Source: Octopus vulgaris
Lineage: Eukaryota
Length of the DNA: 64,000 nucleotides
Assembly: GCA_951406725.2 (NCBI GenBank)
Contig: OX597843.1
Coordinates: 1,550,001 to 1,614,000 of the forward strand
Direction: 5' to 3'
Position numbers and translations under genes: made by a program. Position 1 is the first letter of the stretch; the number at the start of each line of letters is the position of its first letter. Shown here one piece after another: positions 42,701 through 57,072 of this stretch. The notes beneath the pieces were generated by a model. That model did no database searches. It worked only from the letters and a program-made list of their open reading frames with translations, and had not been told where the DNA came from.

Positions 42701-45700
42701 ATACAAATTATATATATGTATACAAATATATACAAATTATATATATGTATACAATATATACAAATTATATATATGTATACAAATATATACAAATTATATA
42801 TATGTATATAAATATATACAAATTATATATATGTATACAAATATATACAAATTATATATATGTATACAAATATATACAAATTATATATATGTATACAAAT
42901 ATATACAAATTATATATATGTATACAAATATATACAAATTATATATATGTATACAAATATATACAAATTATATATATGTATACAAATATATACAAATTAT
43001 ATATATGTATACAAATATATACAAATTATATATATGTATACAAATATATACAAATTATATATATGTATACAAATATATACAAATTATATATATGTATACA
43101 AATATATACAAATTATATATATGTATATAAATATATACAAATTATATATATGTATACAAATATATACAAATTATATATATGTATATAAATATATAAAATT
43201 ATATATATGTATATAAATATATACAAATTATATATATGTATACAAATATATACAAATTATATATATGTATACAAATATATACAAATTATATATATGTATA
43301 CAAATATATACAAATTATATATATGTATACAAATATATACAAATTATATATATGTATACAAATATATACAAATTATATATATGTATACAAATATATACAA
43401 ATTATATATATGTATACAAATATATACAAATTATATATATGTATACAAATATATACAAATTATATATATGTATACAAATATATACAAATTATATATATGT
43501 ATACAAATATATACAAATTATATATATGTATACAAATATATACAAATTATATATATGTATACAAATATATACAAATTATATATATGTATACAAATATATA
43601 CAAATTATATATATGTATACAAATATATACAAATTATATATATGTATACAAATATATACAAATTATATATATGTATCATATCAAATATATATACAAATTA
43701 TATATATATTGTATACAAATATATACAAATTATATATATGTATACAAATATATATCAAATTATATATATGTATATAAATATATACAAATTATATATATGT
43801 ATATAAATATATACAAATTATATATATGTATACAAATATATACAAATTATATATATGTATAAAATATATACAAATTATATATATGTATACAAATATATAC
43901 AAATTATATATATGTATACAAATATATACAAATTATATATATGTATACAAATATATACAAATTATATATATGTATACAAATATATACAAATTATATATAT
44001 GTATACAAATATATACAAATTATATATATTATACAAATATATACAAATTATATATATGTATATAAATATATACAAATTATATATATATATGTATACAAAT
44101 ATATACAATTTATATATATGTATACAAATATATACAAATTATATATATGTATACAAATATATACAAATTATATATATGTATATAAATATATACAAATTAT
44201 ATATATGTATATAAATATATACAAATTATATATATGTATATAAATATATACAAATTATATATATGTATACAAATATATACAAATTATATATATGTATATA
44301 AATATATACAAATTATATATATGTATACAAATATATACAAATTATATATATGTATACAAATATATACAAATTATATATATGTATACAAATATATACAAAT
44401 TATATATATGTATACAAATATATACAAATTATATATATGTATACAAATATATACAAATTATATATATGTATACAAATATATACAAATTATATATATGTAT
44501 ACAAATATATACAAATTATATATATGTATACAAAATATATACAATATTATATATATGTATACAAATATATACAAATTATATATATGTATACAAATATATA
44601 CAAATTATATATATGTATACAAATATATACAAATTATATATATGTATACAAATATATACAAATTATATATATGTATACAAATATATACAAATTATATATA
44701 TGTATACAAATATATACAAATTATATATATGTATACAAATATATACAAATTATATATATGTATACAAATATATACAAATTATATATATGTATACAAATAT
44801 ATACAAATTATATATATGTATACAAATATATACAAATTATATATATGTATACAAATATATACAAATTATATATATGTATACAAATATATACAAATTATAT
44901 ATATGTATACAAATATATACAAATTATATATATGTATATAAATATATACAAATTATATATATGTATACAAATATATACAAATTATATATATGTATACAAA
45001 TATATACAAATTATATATATGTATATAAATATATACAAATTATATATATGTATACAAATATATACAAATTATATATATGTATACAAATATATACAAATTA
45101 TATATATGTATACAAATATATACAAATTATATATATGTATACAAATATATACAAATTATATATATGTATACAAATATATACAAATTATATATATGTATAC
45201 AAATATATACAAATTATATATATGTATACAAATATATACAAATTATATATATGTATACAAATATATACAAATTATATATATGTATACAAATATATACAAA
45301 TTATATATATGTATACAAATATATACAAATTATATATATGTATACAAATATATACAAATTATATATATGTATACAAATATATACAAATTATATATATGTA
45401 TACAAATATATACAATTATATATATGTATACAAATATATACAAATTATATATATGTATACAAATATATACAAATTATATATATGTATACAAATATATACA
45501 AATTATATATATGTATACAAATATATATACAAAATTATATATATGTATACAAATATATACAAATTATATATATGTATATAAATATATACAAATTATATAT
45601 ATGTATATAAATATATACAAATTATATATATGTATACAAATATATACAAATTATATATATGTATATAAATATATACAAATTATATATATGTATACAAATA

Positions 45701-46803
45701 TATAAAATTATATATATGTATACAAATATATACAATTATATATATGTATACAAATATATACAAATTATATATATGTATACAAATATATACAATTATATAT
45801 ATGTATACAAATATATACAAATTATATATATGTATACAAATATATACAAATTATATATATGTATACAAATATATACAAATTATATATATGTATACAAATA
45901 TATACAAATTATATATATGTATACAAATATATACAAATTATATATATGTATACAAATATATACAAATTATATATATGTATACAAATATATACAAATTATA
46001 TATATGTATACAAATATATACAAATTATATATATGTATACAAATATATACAAATTATATATATGTATACAAATATATACAAATTATATATATGTATACAA
46101 ATATATATAAATTATATATATGTATACAAATATATACAAATTATATATATCTACATAAATATATACAAATTATATATATGTATACAAATATATACAAATT
46201 ATATATATGTCTACATAAATATATACAAATTATATATATGTACATAAATATATACAAATTATATATATGTACATAAATATATACAAATTATATATATAGA
46301 TTTAAATATATACAAATCATATATATGTATTTAAATATATACAAATTATATATATGTATTTAAATATATACAAATTATATATATGTATTTAAATATATAC
46401 AAATTATATATATGTATATAAATATATATAAATTATATATATGTATACAAATATATACAAATATATATATGTATACAAATTATATATATGTATACAAATA
46501 TATACAAATTATATATATGTATACAAATTATATATATGTATACAAATATATACAAATTATATATATGTATACAAATATATACAATATATATGTATACAAA
46601 TATATACAAATTATATATATGTATATAAATATATACAAATTATATATATGTATATAAATGTATACAAATTATATATATGTATATAAATGTATACAAATTA
46701 TATATTTGTATATAAACGTATACAAATTATATATATGTATATAAACGTATACAAATTATATATATTTTTATAAACGTATACAAATTATATATAGGTATAT
46801 AAA
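30720..46803. repeat. 29-bp AT-rich satellite (TATATATGTATACAAATATATACAAATTA)n, ~16 kb, with multiple orientation switches
   Basis: Direct reading; highly homogeneous at 41.2-46.1 kb, diverged and inverted segments at 33.5-39.4 kb. Confidence 0.97.
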
Positions 46804-46936
46804 CGCCGATGTAATGGGAAGGTAAGAAATAGACTGAGTGAAAAAGAGAGGAAATAGCGAGAGTGACAGTTACTTTAAATAACGGTAGTGGAACCTCGAA
46901 GTTGTAAATGAAGGGGAGTGAGAGGTACTGTAGGAA

Positions 46937-47091
46937 ATAGCGTGAGTGAGGAATATGGCCCCTAGCAACCACACCCTTTAAGATAGGGATTTCTAATGTA
47001 GCCCACGAGCTTCGTCACCTATTCCTACATGTCCCTGTAAATTTTGGAGCAAATCGGACGGGACGTAGTGGCATTGAAAGCGATCCAAGCG

Positions 47092-47094
<3 letters not shown>
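46937..47094 (+). repeat. Right copy of ~156-bp direct repeat
   Basis: Aligns with 30541-30696 with scattered substitutions. Confidence 0.92.
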
Positions 47095-47122
<28 letters not shown>

Positions 47123-48004
47123 TATAGATATATATATATAAAGCTGAAGGTGTCTGGATATATGTATGTATGTATGTGTGTGTGCGTATACGTATGTATG
47201 TGTAGAGACCTCTTTTGGCTCCCACTGAGTTTTGAAACTGAATGGGTAAATTTCCCCCTAACTATAGAGCCTGATTGTTCTGTTGAGGAACAATGTTGTT
47301 TTATTCAACCGATGGCCTTCCCAACGTTTGATTGATGTATTTTCCTCTTGACCCATAACTCTTGTAGTTTGTATAGTGTTGGTGTTTTTGTAGAGGTGGT
47401 GGTGGTGGTGGTGGCAGTGGATGATGATGATAATGATGATGATAGTAGTAGTAGCATTGATTATGTTAGGATGTCTCATGGATGGTAGTGTTGGTGTGTG
47501 TGTGTGTGTGTGTGTGTATGTATGGATCAAAACAGTTTGATTCAATATCTGTGGTTCTTATATATTCATACATACATATACATGTAGATGTATATAACAT
47601 ATATATATTGTATGTAAACATCTTTTATATATATATATATAATGTATGCATCTATAATACACACACATTATAAATATATACACATATATGCATATGCATT
47701 AATGATAAGCGGAGATGTTTACATTTTAGTTAGCTATTTACATGTTTACGTTAACCACGTCACAAAATAGCTGTTTACGTCACAGTAACAATATTTTGAG
47801 AAGCAGTAAATAATATGAGGCCGAAAGAAAGAATATCATTGGTTAAAATTCGAATTTTTAAACAACGTTAAACTTAGAAATTACAATTCCGTTTTCATTT
47901 TGGTTTACAATTATGTTTTCTTTTGACACATTCTACCAGTATACGAAGTTTCAAATTGTTTAGTTAACTAGGAAAATCTGGCTTTCAAAAAGAAAAGATC
48001 CCGT

Positions 48005-48142
48005 AACTGGTACTTAATTTGTCGACCCGGAAAGGATGAAAGGCAAAGTCGACCTCGGCGGAATTTGAACTCAGAACGTAACGGCAGACGAAATACGGCT
48101 ACGCATTTCGCCCGGCGTGCTAACGATTCTGCCAGGTCGCCG
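48005..48142 (-). mobile_element. tRNA-derived SINE with Nin/Deu-like core
   Basis: Reverse-complement homolog of 13351-13495. Confidence 0.8.
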
Positions 48143-48362
48143 TTGCAAAAACTGAATAGACAACTCAACGGACGGATGACATCATCCATGGTCAGCCATG
48201 ACCAACGGAGGCCCTAGAAAGATTCGTAGTTATTTTCGAGAAGGCTAAGTGTCCTACAGCTAACTCAAGGAATATGGACACGCATGCATCTCAGTTTCCA
48301 AGCGCTATCGACATAAGGGTATTTAAAAAAAAAAAATAAATAAAAGCATAAATATAATTTAT

Positions 48363-48441
48363 CGCATGAAGGATTCGAAACCGCGAAAGTGTAACACATT
48401 GAATTTCAATACCAACACCTTAACCACACAGCCACCACAGC
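48363..48441 (-). pseudogene. Degenerate tRNA-Ser pseudogene
   Basis: Diverged match to the tRNA at 49236-49317; flanking DNA (48225-48330) is also homologous to 49095-49200. Confidence 0.75.
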
Positions 48442-49235
48442 AACCGGAAGTTGGCTTCTCCAAATATGAAAACCTACCTACCTACCTACATACATACATA
48501 CAAAATACATACATACCTACGTATATACATACATACATACATACATACATACACATACCTACCTACCTACATACATACATTCATACTTACATACATACAT
48601 ACACACACACACATAAATTCCTGCATACATACATACATAATACATACGTTCGTACATACATACATACATACATGTATGCGTACATACATACATGCATGCG
48701 TACATACATACAAACATACATACATACACACACACATAAATTCATACATACATACATACATGCATACATACATAATACATACGTTCGTACATACGTACAT
48801 ACATACATACATGGTGGTGGCTGACCCCTCGTTATCGAGTATGGCCATTGCATGAAGCTTAATCAATGTTGTTATCGCGCAATGTTTGTGCAAGAAGATT
48901 TTTTTTTAAGTGAGAAAAGGCTGTGCACTGAGTCAATCGCAAAATGTGATGTGACAACCGGTGCAGATATTGAACTGAAGATATCTTCAGTTATTGATAC
49001 CTGGCAATGCTGGGGCATTATCTTAAAAGTTTCAGTCGATTAAATAGAACCCTCTTGTTAGACCCTATTAATTCATCAGTATTTTACTAATATGTCGTAG
49101 TTATTTTAGCGAAGACTAAATGTCATACTGCTAATGTACGGAATATGAACACACAGGAATCTTACTTTCCAAGCGTTGTCGTCATACAGGAATTAAAAAA
49201 AAAAAAAAAAAAAAAAACCCCAGGAAATTTGAAAT

Positions 49236-49317
49236 CGCTGCGGGCAGGATTCGAACCTGCGCGGGTATAACCCATTGGATTTCAAGTCCAACGCCTTAAC
49301 CACTCGGCCACCACAGC
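49236..49317 (-). tRNA. tRNA-Ser, anticodon TGA
   Basis: 82 nt; A box tggccgagtgg, anticodon arm TTGGA-CTTGAAA-TCCAA, long variable arm, B box ggttcgaatcc, acceptor stem pairs; downstream T run. Confidence 0.95.
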
Positions 49318-49705
49318 AGCACGAAGATATTTCCTGAACACCGAAGATATCACCCACATTATAAGTATGTTTCCAAAAATGTCATCTTGGTATTATCGAC
49401 CACTTCTTTTCCAAAGACTTACTCTTTACTCTTTTACTCTTTTACTTGTTTCAGTCAGTTGACTGCGGCCATGCTGGAGCACCGCCTTTTGCGTCGCAAC
49501 CTCGTGATCTCCAGTTCGATTCTATGACGTGGCGTCTTCGGCAAGTGTCTTCTACTAAAGCTTTGGGCTGATCAATATCTTGTGAAGAGATTGACGAGAG
49601 ATTGGGGAAAGAAGCAAAAGAAAGAGAGAAAAGAAAAGAAAGAGAAGAGCTAATCAATTAAATAAAATCGTATCAAATAATATTTGTAGGTCACTTCTAT
49701 CAGCT

Positions 49706-49787
49706 TCTGTGGTGGCCGAGTGGTTAAGGCGTTGGACTTGAAATCCAATGAGTTATACCCGCGCAGGTTCGAATCCTGCCCGCAGCG
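49706..49787 (+). tRNA. tRNA-Ser(TGA) variant (G1>T, variable-arm mismatch)
   Basis: tctgtggtggccgagtgg...tgagttataccc...cccgcagcg. Confidence 0.82.
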
Positions 49788-49928
49788 GTTCGTTTCGTGC
49801 TTGTTTTTTCTATTGCTTCTTTAGTACTTTTAATTACTTTACTGATTTTTTCAATGGATTTAAATTGATTTATTCGCTTTCATTCTTTAGAGAAATATTA
49901 AGACATTTGCGGAACCGAACAATCAGCG

Positions 49929-50010
49929 GCTGTGGTGGCCGAGTGGTTAAGGCGTTGGACTTGAAATCCAATGGGTTGTTCCCGCGCAGGTTCGAATCCT
50001 GCCCGCAGCG
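49929..50010 (+). tRNA. tRNA-Ser(TGA)
   Basis: Complete cloverleaf with T-run terminator downstream. Confidence 0.95.
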
Positions 50011-50259
50011 GTCTGTTTCGTGTCTTTTTTTTTTCTATCGCTTCTTTAGTACTTTTAATTACTTTACTGATTTTTTTAATGGTTTTAAATCGCTTCATTC
50101 GCTTTCATTCTTTTTAAATATTAGATGAAAGTGCGGTTGAATAACTAAGAATTTGCTTTGCAGTTTCGTCGTCTCGAGTTCGATTCCTCAACGTTGTGTT
50201 ATCGGTAACATCTTCTAATAAACGTTTGGGAAAACAGACATGCACACGCACACACGTAC

Positions 50260-50305
<46 letters not shown>

Positions 50306-50876
50306 AATATTATGGAATAAATCCAAACTTACTGGGAAAAATCAGATTTAGGATTGAATCCAATTTTATAGTAAAATATTATATTATATTAAATTAGAGA
50401 CAAAACCACTATTAGGCAAATCAAACAATGAAAAACTTAAGCCAATACATATGATTATTTAATTTATATTATTTAAATACAACAAAATTATTAAAAAAAT
50501 ATAATTAATATAACACTTAATTATATTTTTTTAATAATTTTGTAATATTAAATAATCTTATGTATTGGCTTAAGTTTTTCATTGTATGATTTGCCTAATA
50601 GTGGTTTTGTCTCTAATTTAATATAATATAATATAATATATAATATATATATATATATATATATGCACATACAAATGTATATACACACACATACGTATAT
50701 ACATATACGTGAGAGGCAATAGTAAGAAATTGAGAAAGGAAAAGGAAGAGAGCCAGTGAGAGGGAGAGAGAGAGAGATTGAGAGTGAGAAGGAGAAAGAA
50801 AGTGAAAGTTAATCAGTTACGAACTTCCAAATTAAATCAGAGAAATATTTATACATTTTAGATCGCACTACCAACT

Positions 50877-50958
50877 GCTGTGGTGGCCGAGTGGTTAAGG
50901 CGTTGGACTTGAAATCCAATGGGTTGTACCCGCGCAGGTTCGAATCCTGCCCGCAGCG
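50877..50958 (+). tRNA. tRNA-Ser(TGA)
   Basis: Complete cloverleaf. Confidence 0.95.
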
Positions 50959-51035
50959 TCTTAGTTTTGGTGTCTTTTTGTCGATTTTTTTTTTGTTTTT
51001 GTAGTTTTACTTTCTCCACTTCTTTTCCAAAGACT

Positions 51036-51249
51036 TACTCTTTACTCTTTTACTCTTTTACTTGTTTCAGTCATTTGACTGCGGCCATGCTGGAGCACCG
51101 CCTTTTAGTCGAGCAAATCGACCCCGGGACTTATTCTTTGTAAGCCAAGTACTTTTTCTATCGGTCTCTTTTGCCGAATCGCTAGGTGACGGGGACGTAA
51201 ACACACCAGCATCGGTTGTCAAGCAACGCTAGGGGGACAAACACAGACA

Positions 51250-51297
<48 letters not shown>

Positions 51298-51471
51298 CAT
51301 ATACATATATACAACAGGCTTCTTTCAGTTTCCGTCTACCAAATCTACTCACAAGGCATTGGTCGACCCGAGGCTATAGCAGAAGACACTTGCCCAAGAT
51401 TCCACGCAGTGGGACTGAACCCGGAACCATGTGGTTGGTTAGCAAGCTACTTACCACACAGCCACTCCTGC
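51036..51471 (-). mobile_element. Full-length ~430-bp octopus-type SINE
   Basis: Head ggcaggagtggctgtgtggtaag..ccgggttcagtccc, internal (CA)n/(TA)n, tail (taaaagag)n. Confidence 0.85.
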
Positions 51472-51739
51472 CACGTATTCGCTTTTTTAAAATATTTTTT
51501 TAAAGCTTTTAAAGCTAAGAATTTTGCTTCGCAACCTCGTGGTCTCCAGTTCGATTCTATGACGCGGCGTCTTCGGTAAATGTCTTCTACTAAATCTTTG
51601 GGCTGATCAATATCTTGTGATCGGATTGACGAGAGATTGGGGAAAGAAGCAAAAGAAACAGAGAAATGAAAAGAAAGAGAAAGCCAATCAATTAAATAAA
51701 ATCGTATCAAATAATATTTGTAGGTCACTTCTATCAGCT

Positions 51740-51821
51740 GCTGTGGTGGCCGAGTGGTTAAGTCGTTGGACTTGACATCCAATGGGTTATACCCGCGCAG
51801 GTTCGAATCCTGCCTGCAGCG
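51740..51821 (+). tRNA. tRNA-Ser(TGA) variant, possibly pseudogene (D-stem G>T, loop CTTGACA, acceptor C>T)
   Basis: ggttaagtcgttggacttgacatccaa...cctgcctgcagcg. Confidence 0.75.
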
Positions 51822-52186
51822 ATTTATTTTTAGTAATTTAAAAAAAATTTTGTTTCAGTCATTAGACGGCGGCCATGCTGGGGTACCACGTTGATAAACT
51901 TTTAGTCGAATGAATCGACCCTAATACTTAATTTTTTTTTAAGCTTTGTACTTATTCTATCGATCTCTTTCTGCTGAAAGAGAAACAGAAAGAAGAAGAA
52001 AAAAAAAAAGCTAATCACTTAAACAAAATCGGAAACTTTTCGGTTTGAACGGCAGTTTTTTCTAGCGGTGTCAAATGAAATTGTCACCCATGAAAACACA
52101 GGAATCTTTCTTTCCAAGCGTTGTCGTCATACAGGAATTTAAAAAAATCGACCCCCCCACCCAAAAAAAAACAGGAACTTTGAAAT

Positions 52187-52268
52187 CGCTGCGGGCAGGA
52201 TTCGAACCTACGCGGGTATAACCCATTGGATTTCAAGTCCAACGCCTTAACCACTCGGCCACCATAGC
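52187..52268 (-). tRNA. tRNA-Ser(TGA) variant (G4>A, T-stem C>T)
   Basis: Reverse complement gctatggtggccgagtgg...cgcgtaggttcgaatcctgcccgcagcg. Confidence 0.85.
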
Positions 52269-52636
52269 AGCACGAAGATATTTCCTGAACACCGAAGATA
52301 TCACCCACATTATAAGTATGTTTCCAAAAATGTCATCTTGGTATTATCGACCGATGAGGCATGATGTTGTATTTAGGAAACTGTATAACAGAAATTGCAT
52401 CTACTCAATCCGGATTATAAGATCAAGTTTCTACTTGTAATTAATAAGGATTTCTAACACACCGCCTAAATACCAATCGTGGGAAATTAGGCTTCTCAAA
52501 ACCAGAAAGGCGAAAACTGGTTTGAAGACTACAGATCCAATCCATCACTGGAACTGTAGAAATCTGTAAAACTTTCCAGAAGTTTAGCACTTAAATATAT
52601 ATGAGCATGTCTACACATACAATTATATGCATGAGG

Positions 52637-52748
52637 GGATACAGGCATCCAGCAATAGGACCTCCGTAATGCCATGATGGACCGTGAAGTCTGGCGTAGC
52701 ATGGTAAATTCAATTGTCTCGACCACGGTCGAACAATGATGATGATGA
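52637..52748 (+). mobile_element. LINE 3' fragment with (TGA)n tail
   Basis: Inverted homolog of 53985-54095. Confidence 0.8.
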
Positions 52749-52815
52749 TATGCATGAGAATACACACATAAAACAAAACATACAAATGTGTACGTATACA
52801 AACGTACATTCACGC

Positions 52816-53604
52816 ATACATACATACATACATACATACATACATACATACATACATACGTACATACATACGTACATACATACATGCATACATACATACA
52901 TGCATACATACATACATACATACATATATACATACATGCATGCATGCATACATACATACATACATACATGCATGCATACATGCATACGTACATACATACG
53001 TACATACATACATACATATATACATACATATATACATACATGCATGCATGCATACATACATACATACATACATGCATGCATACATGCATACGTACATACA
53101 TACGTACATACATACGTACATACATATATACATACATGCATGCATGCATACATACATACATACATACATACATACATGCATACATGCATACATACATACA
53201 TACGTACATACATACGTACATACATACATACATACATACATACATACAAGCATACATACATGCATGCATACATGCGTACGTACATACATACATACATACA
53301 TACATACATACATACATACATACATACATACATACATACATACATACATACATACATACATACATACATACATACATACATACATACATACATACATACA
53401 TACATACATACATACATACATACATACATACATACATACATACATACATACATACATACATACATACATACATACATACATACATACATACATACATACA
53501 TACATACATACATACATACATACATACATACATACATACATACATACATACATACATACATACATACATACATACATACATACATACATACATACATACA
53601 TACA

Positions 53605-53635
<31 letters not shown>

Positions 53636-53797
53636 GCATACATACATACATGCATACATGCATACATACATACATACATACATACGTACATACATACATA
53701 CATACATACATACATACATACATACATACATACATACATACATACATACATACATACATACATACATACATACATACATACATACATACATACATAC
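52816..53797 (+). repeat. (TACA)n microsatellite, ~1 kb
   Basis: Direct reading; TGCA/TACG variants in the 5' half, pure in the 3' half. Confidence 0.97.
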
Positions 53798-53984
53798 AAG
53801 CAAGCAAAAATACCCTGTTGTTGATGTTGAAATTCCAATGAAGAAGCCTTGAATCTGGGTTAGAAACCGACTCTTTCTCTAATGGCAAAAAAATCTCGAA
53901 TAAAACTAAACAAAAACATACATACACACAACAAACATGCATAAATACATGCACATACAACTACATATATACATATATCTACAT

Positions 53985-54362
53985 CATCATCATCATTGTT
54001 CGACCGTGGTCGAGACAATGGAATTTACTCTGCTACGCCAGACTTCACGGTCCATCATGGCATTACGAAGGTCCTGTTGCTGGATGCCTGTATCCCTGGA
54101 GATTACATCAGGGTAGGAGAGTGTGCGCCCTCTGGTATCGCGAGCAGATGGCTTCCAGAGGAGAAGAGTAGAAATTGCTTCGTTTTCAGCTCTACAACAA
54201 TGTCCAGCAAACTGGACTCTCCTACCTTTCACCAGAGATGACACAGGTGGTAGTTTCCCATATATTTGCATTTTGGTTGGATGGCGCTTCCACGAGAGAT
54301 TTTGAGCTCTCATAAGGAGGCGAGTGTAGGTTCCATCCAACCGCCTCTCAAGCTTCTTTATG
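53985..54362 (-). mobile_element. 5'-truncated RTE-like LINE 3' end
   Basis: ORF 53993-54340 (DGTYTRLL..NLSWKRHPTK..RRVQFAGHC..AMMDREVWR) is a typical non-LTR ORF2 C-terminus, followed by (TGA)n. Confidence 0.82.
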
Positions 54363-54520
54363 TCTACGGGATGTGTTAGTGAGAAGTTAGTGAGAGGTTG
54401 GAGAGGAAAAGTTGGAGATACAGAGAAAGAGAAAGGAGCGTAGGAGCTAATCAGTTAGGAAACTCCAGATGAAACTAAATAGAGAAATATTTGGACATTT
54501 ACAGAACCGGACTGACAGCT

Positions 54521-54602
54521 GCTGTGGTGGCCGAGTGGTTAAGGCGTTGGACTTGAAATCCAATGGGTTGTACCCGCGCAGGTTCGAATCCTGCCCGCAG
54601 CG
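54521..54602 (+). tRNA. tRNA-Ser(TGA)
   Basis: Complete cloverleaf. Confidence 0.95.
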
Positions 54603-54632
54603 ACTTAGTTTTGGTGTCTTTTTGTCGATTTC

Positions 54633-54822
54633 TTGTTTCAGTCATTTGACTGCGGCCATGCTGGAGCACCGCCTTTAGTCGAGCAAATCGACCCCGGGAC
54701 TTATTCTTTTGTAAGCCCAGTACTTATTCTATCGGTCTCTTTTGCCCAACCGCTAAGTGACGGGGACGTAAACACACCAGCATCGGTGTCAAGCAACGCT
54801 AGGCAGACAAACATAGACACAT

Positions 54823-54853
<31 letters not shown>

Positions 54854-55021
54854 CATATATACGACAGGCTTCTTTCAGTTTCCGTCTACCAAATCTACTC
54901 ACAAGGCATTGGTCGACCCGAGGCTATAGCAGAAGACACTTGCCCAAGATGCCACGTAGTGGGACTGAACCTGGAACCATGTGGTTGGTTAGCAAGCTAC
55001 TTACCACACAGTCACTCCTGC
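54633..55021 (-). mobile_element. Octopus-type SINE
   Basis: Homolog of 51036-51471. Confidence 0.85.
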
Positions 55022-55289
55022 CACTTATTTGCTTTTTTAAAATATTTTTTTAAAGCTTTTAAAGCTAAGAATTTTGCTTCGCAACTGCGTGGTCTCCAGT
55101 TCGATTCTACGACGTGGCGTCTCCGGCAAGTGTCTTCTACTAATGCTTTGGGCTGATCAATATCTTGTGAAGGGATTGACGAGAGATTGGGGAAAGAAGC
55201 AAAAGAAACAAAGACAAGAAAAGAAAGAGAAAGCTTATCAATTAAATAAAATCGTATCAAATGATATTTGTAGGTCACTTCTTTCAGCT

Positions 55290-55371
55290 GCTGTGGTGGC
55301 CGAGTGGTTAAGGCGTTGGACTTGAACTCCAATGGGTTATACCCGCGCAGGTTCGAATCCTGCCCGCAGCG
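55290..55371 (+). tRNA. tRNA-Ser(TGA) variant (loop CTTGAAC)
   Basis: Complete cloverleaf with A38>C. Confidence 0.88.
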
Positions 55372-55925
55372 GTCCGTTTCGTGTTTATTTTTTCTATTGC
55401 TTCTTTAGTACTTTTAATTACTTTACTGATTTTTTTAATGGTTTTAAATCGCTTCATTCGGTTTCATTCTTTTTAAATATTAGATGAAAGTGCGGTTGAA
55501 TAACTAAGAATTTAGCTTTGCAGTTTCGTCGTCTCGAAGTTCGATTCCTCAACGTTGTGTTAAACATCTTCTAATAAACGTTTGGGAAAACAGACATATA
55601 CATATAATAAATATAAACTTACAGGGAAAAATCAGATTTAGGATTGAATCCAATTTTATAGTAAAATATTATATTATATTAAATTAGAGACAAAACCACT
55701 ATTAGGCAAATCATACAATGAAAGACTTAAGCCAATACATAAGATTATTTAATTTATATTATTTAAATACAACAAAATTATTAAAAAAATGTAATTAATA
55801 TAACACTTAATTATATTTTTTTAATAATTTTGTTATATTAAATAATCTTATGTATTGGCTTAAGTTTTTCATTGTATGATTTGCCTAATAGTGGTTTTGT
55901 CTCTAATTTAATATAATATAATATA

Positions 55926-55992
<67 letters not shown>

Positions 55993-56214
55993 GCGCATAC
56001 AAATGTATATACACACATATACACACACATACGTATATACATATACGTGAGAGGCAATAGTAAGAAATTGAGAAAGGAAAAGGAAGAGAGCCAGTGAGAG
56101 GGAGAGAGAGAGAGAGTGAGAGTGAGAAGGAGAAAGAAAGTGAAAGTTAATCAGTTACGAACTTCCAAATTAAATCAGAGAAATATTTATACATTTTAGA
56201 TCGCACTACCAGCT

Positions 56215-56296
56215 GCTGTGGTGGCCGAGTGGTTAAGGCGTTGGACTTGAAATCCAATGGGTTGTACCCGCGCAGGTTCGAATCCTGCTCGCAGCG
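56215..56296 (+). tRNA. tRNA-Ser(TGA) (acceptor C>T variant)
   Basis: Complete cloverleaf ending cctgctcgcagcg. Confidence 0.9.
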
Positions 56297-56376
56297 TCTT
56301 AGTTTTGGTGTCTTTTTGTCGATTTCTTTTTTTGTTTTTGTAGTTTTACTTTCTCCACTTCTTATCCAAAGACTCA

Positions 56377-56804
56377 CTCTTTACTCTTTTACTCTTTTAC
56401 TTGTTTCAGTCATTTGACTGCGGCCATGCTGGAGCACCGCCTTTTAGTCGAGCAAATCGACCCCGGGACTTATTCTTTGTAAGCCAAGTACTTTTTCTAT
56501 CGGTCTCTTTTGCCGAATCGCTAGGTGACGGGGACGTAAACACACCAGCATCGGTTGTCAAGCAACGCTAGGGGGACAAACACAGACACAAACACACACA
56601 CACACACACATACACACACACATATATATACATATACATATATACAACAGGCTTCTTTCAGTTTCCGTCTACCAAATCTACTCACAAGGCATTGGTCGAC
56701 CCGAGGCTATAGCAGAAGACACTTGCCCAAGATGCCACGCAGTGGGACTGAACCCGGAACCATGTGGTTGGTTAGCAAGCTACTTACCACACAGCCACTC
56801 CTGC
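56377..56804 (-). mobile_element. Octopus-type SINE (duplicated with its flanks from 51036-51471)
   Basis: Near-identical to 51036-51471. Confidence 0.85.
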
Positions 56805-57072
56805 CACGTATTCGCTTTTTAAAAATATTTTTTTAAAGCTTTTAAAGCTAAGAATTTTGCTTCGCAACCTCGTGGTCTCCAGTTCGATTCTATGACGCGG
56901 CGTCTTCGGTAAATGTCTTCTACTAAATCTTTGGGCTGATCAATATCTTGTGATCGGATTGACGAGAGATTGGGGAAAGAAGCAAAAGAAACAGAGAAAA
57001 GAAAAGAAAGAGAAAGCCAATCAATTAAATAAAATCGTATCAAATAATATTTGTAGGTCACTTCTGTCAGCT

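Noticed and set aside
30720-46803. Long Y/I/K-rich ORFs up to 451 aa
   Set aside because: Artefact of the 29-bp satellite consensus lacking in-frame stops on one strand.
52350-52385. Possible hammerhead ribozyme (ccgatgag...gaaac); also checked in the 152-mer and 70-mer
   Set aside because: The CUGANGA core is not intact and I could not find the required stems; an Infernal search would be needed.
52529-53960. 300-400 aa ORFs on both strands
   Set aside because: Translations of the (TACA)n microsatellite.
49236-56296. Selenocysteine or opal-suppressor tRNA (TGA in the loop, long variable arm)
   Set aside because: Anticodon TGA reads codon UCA (Ser); tRNA-Sec needs anticodon TCA and a longer acceptor stem.
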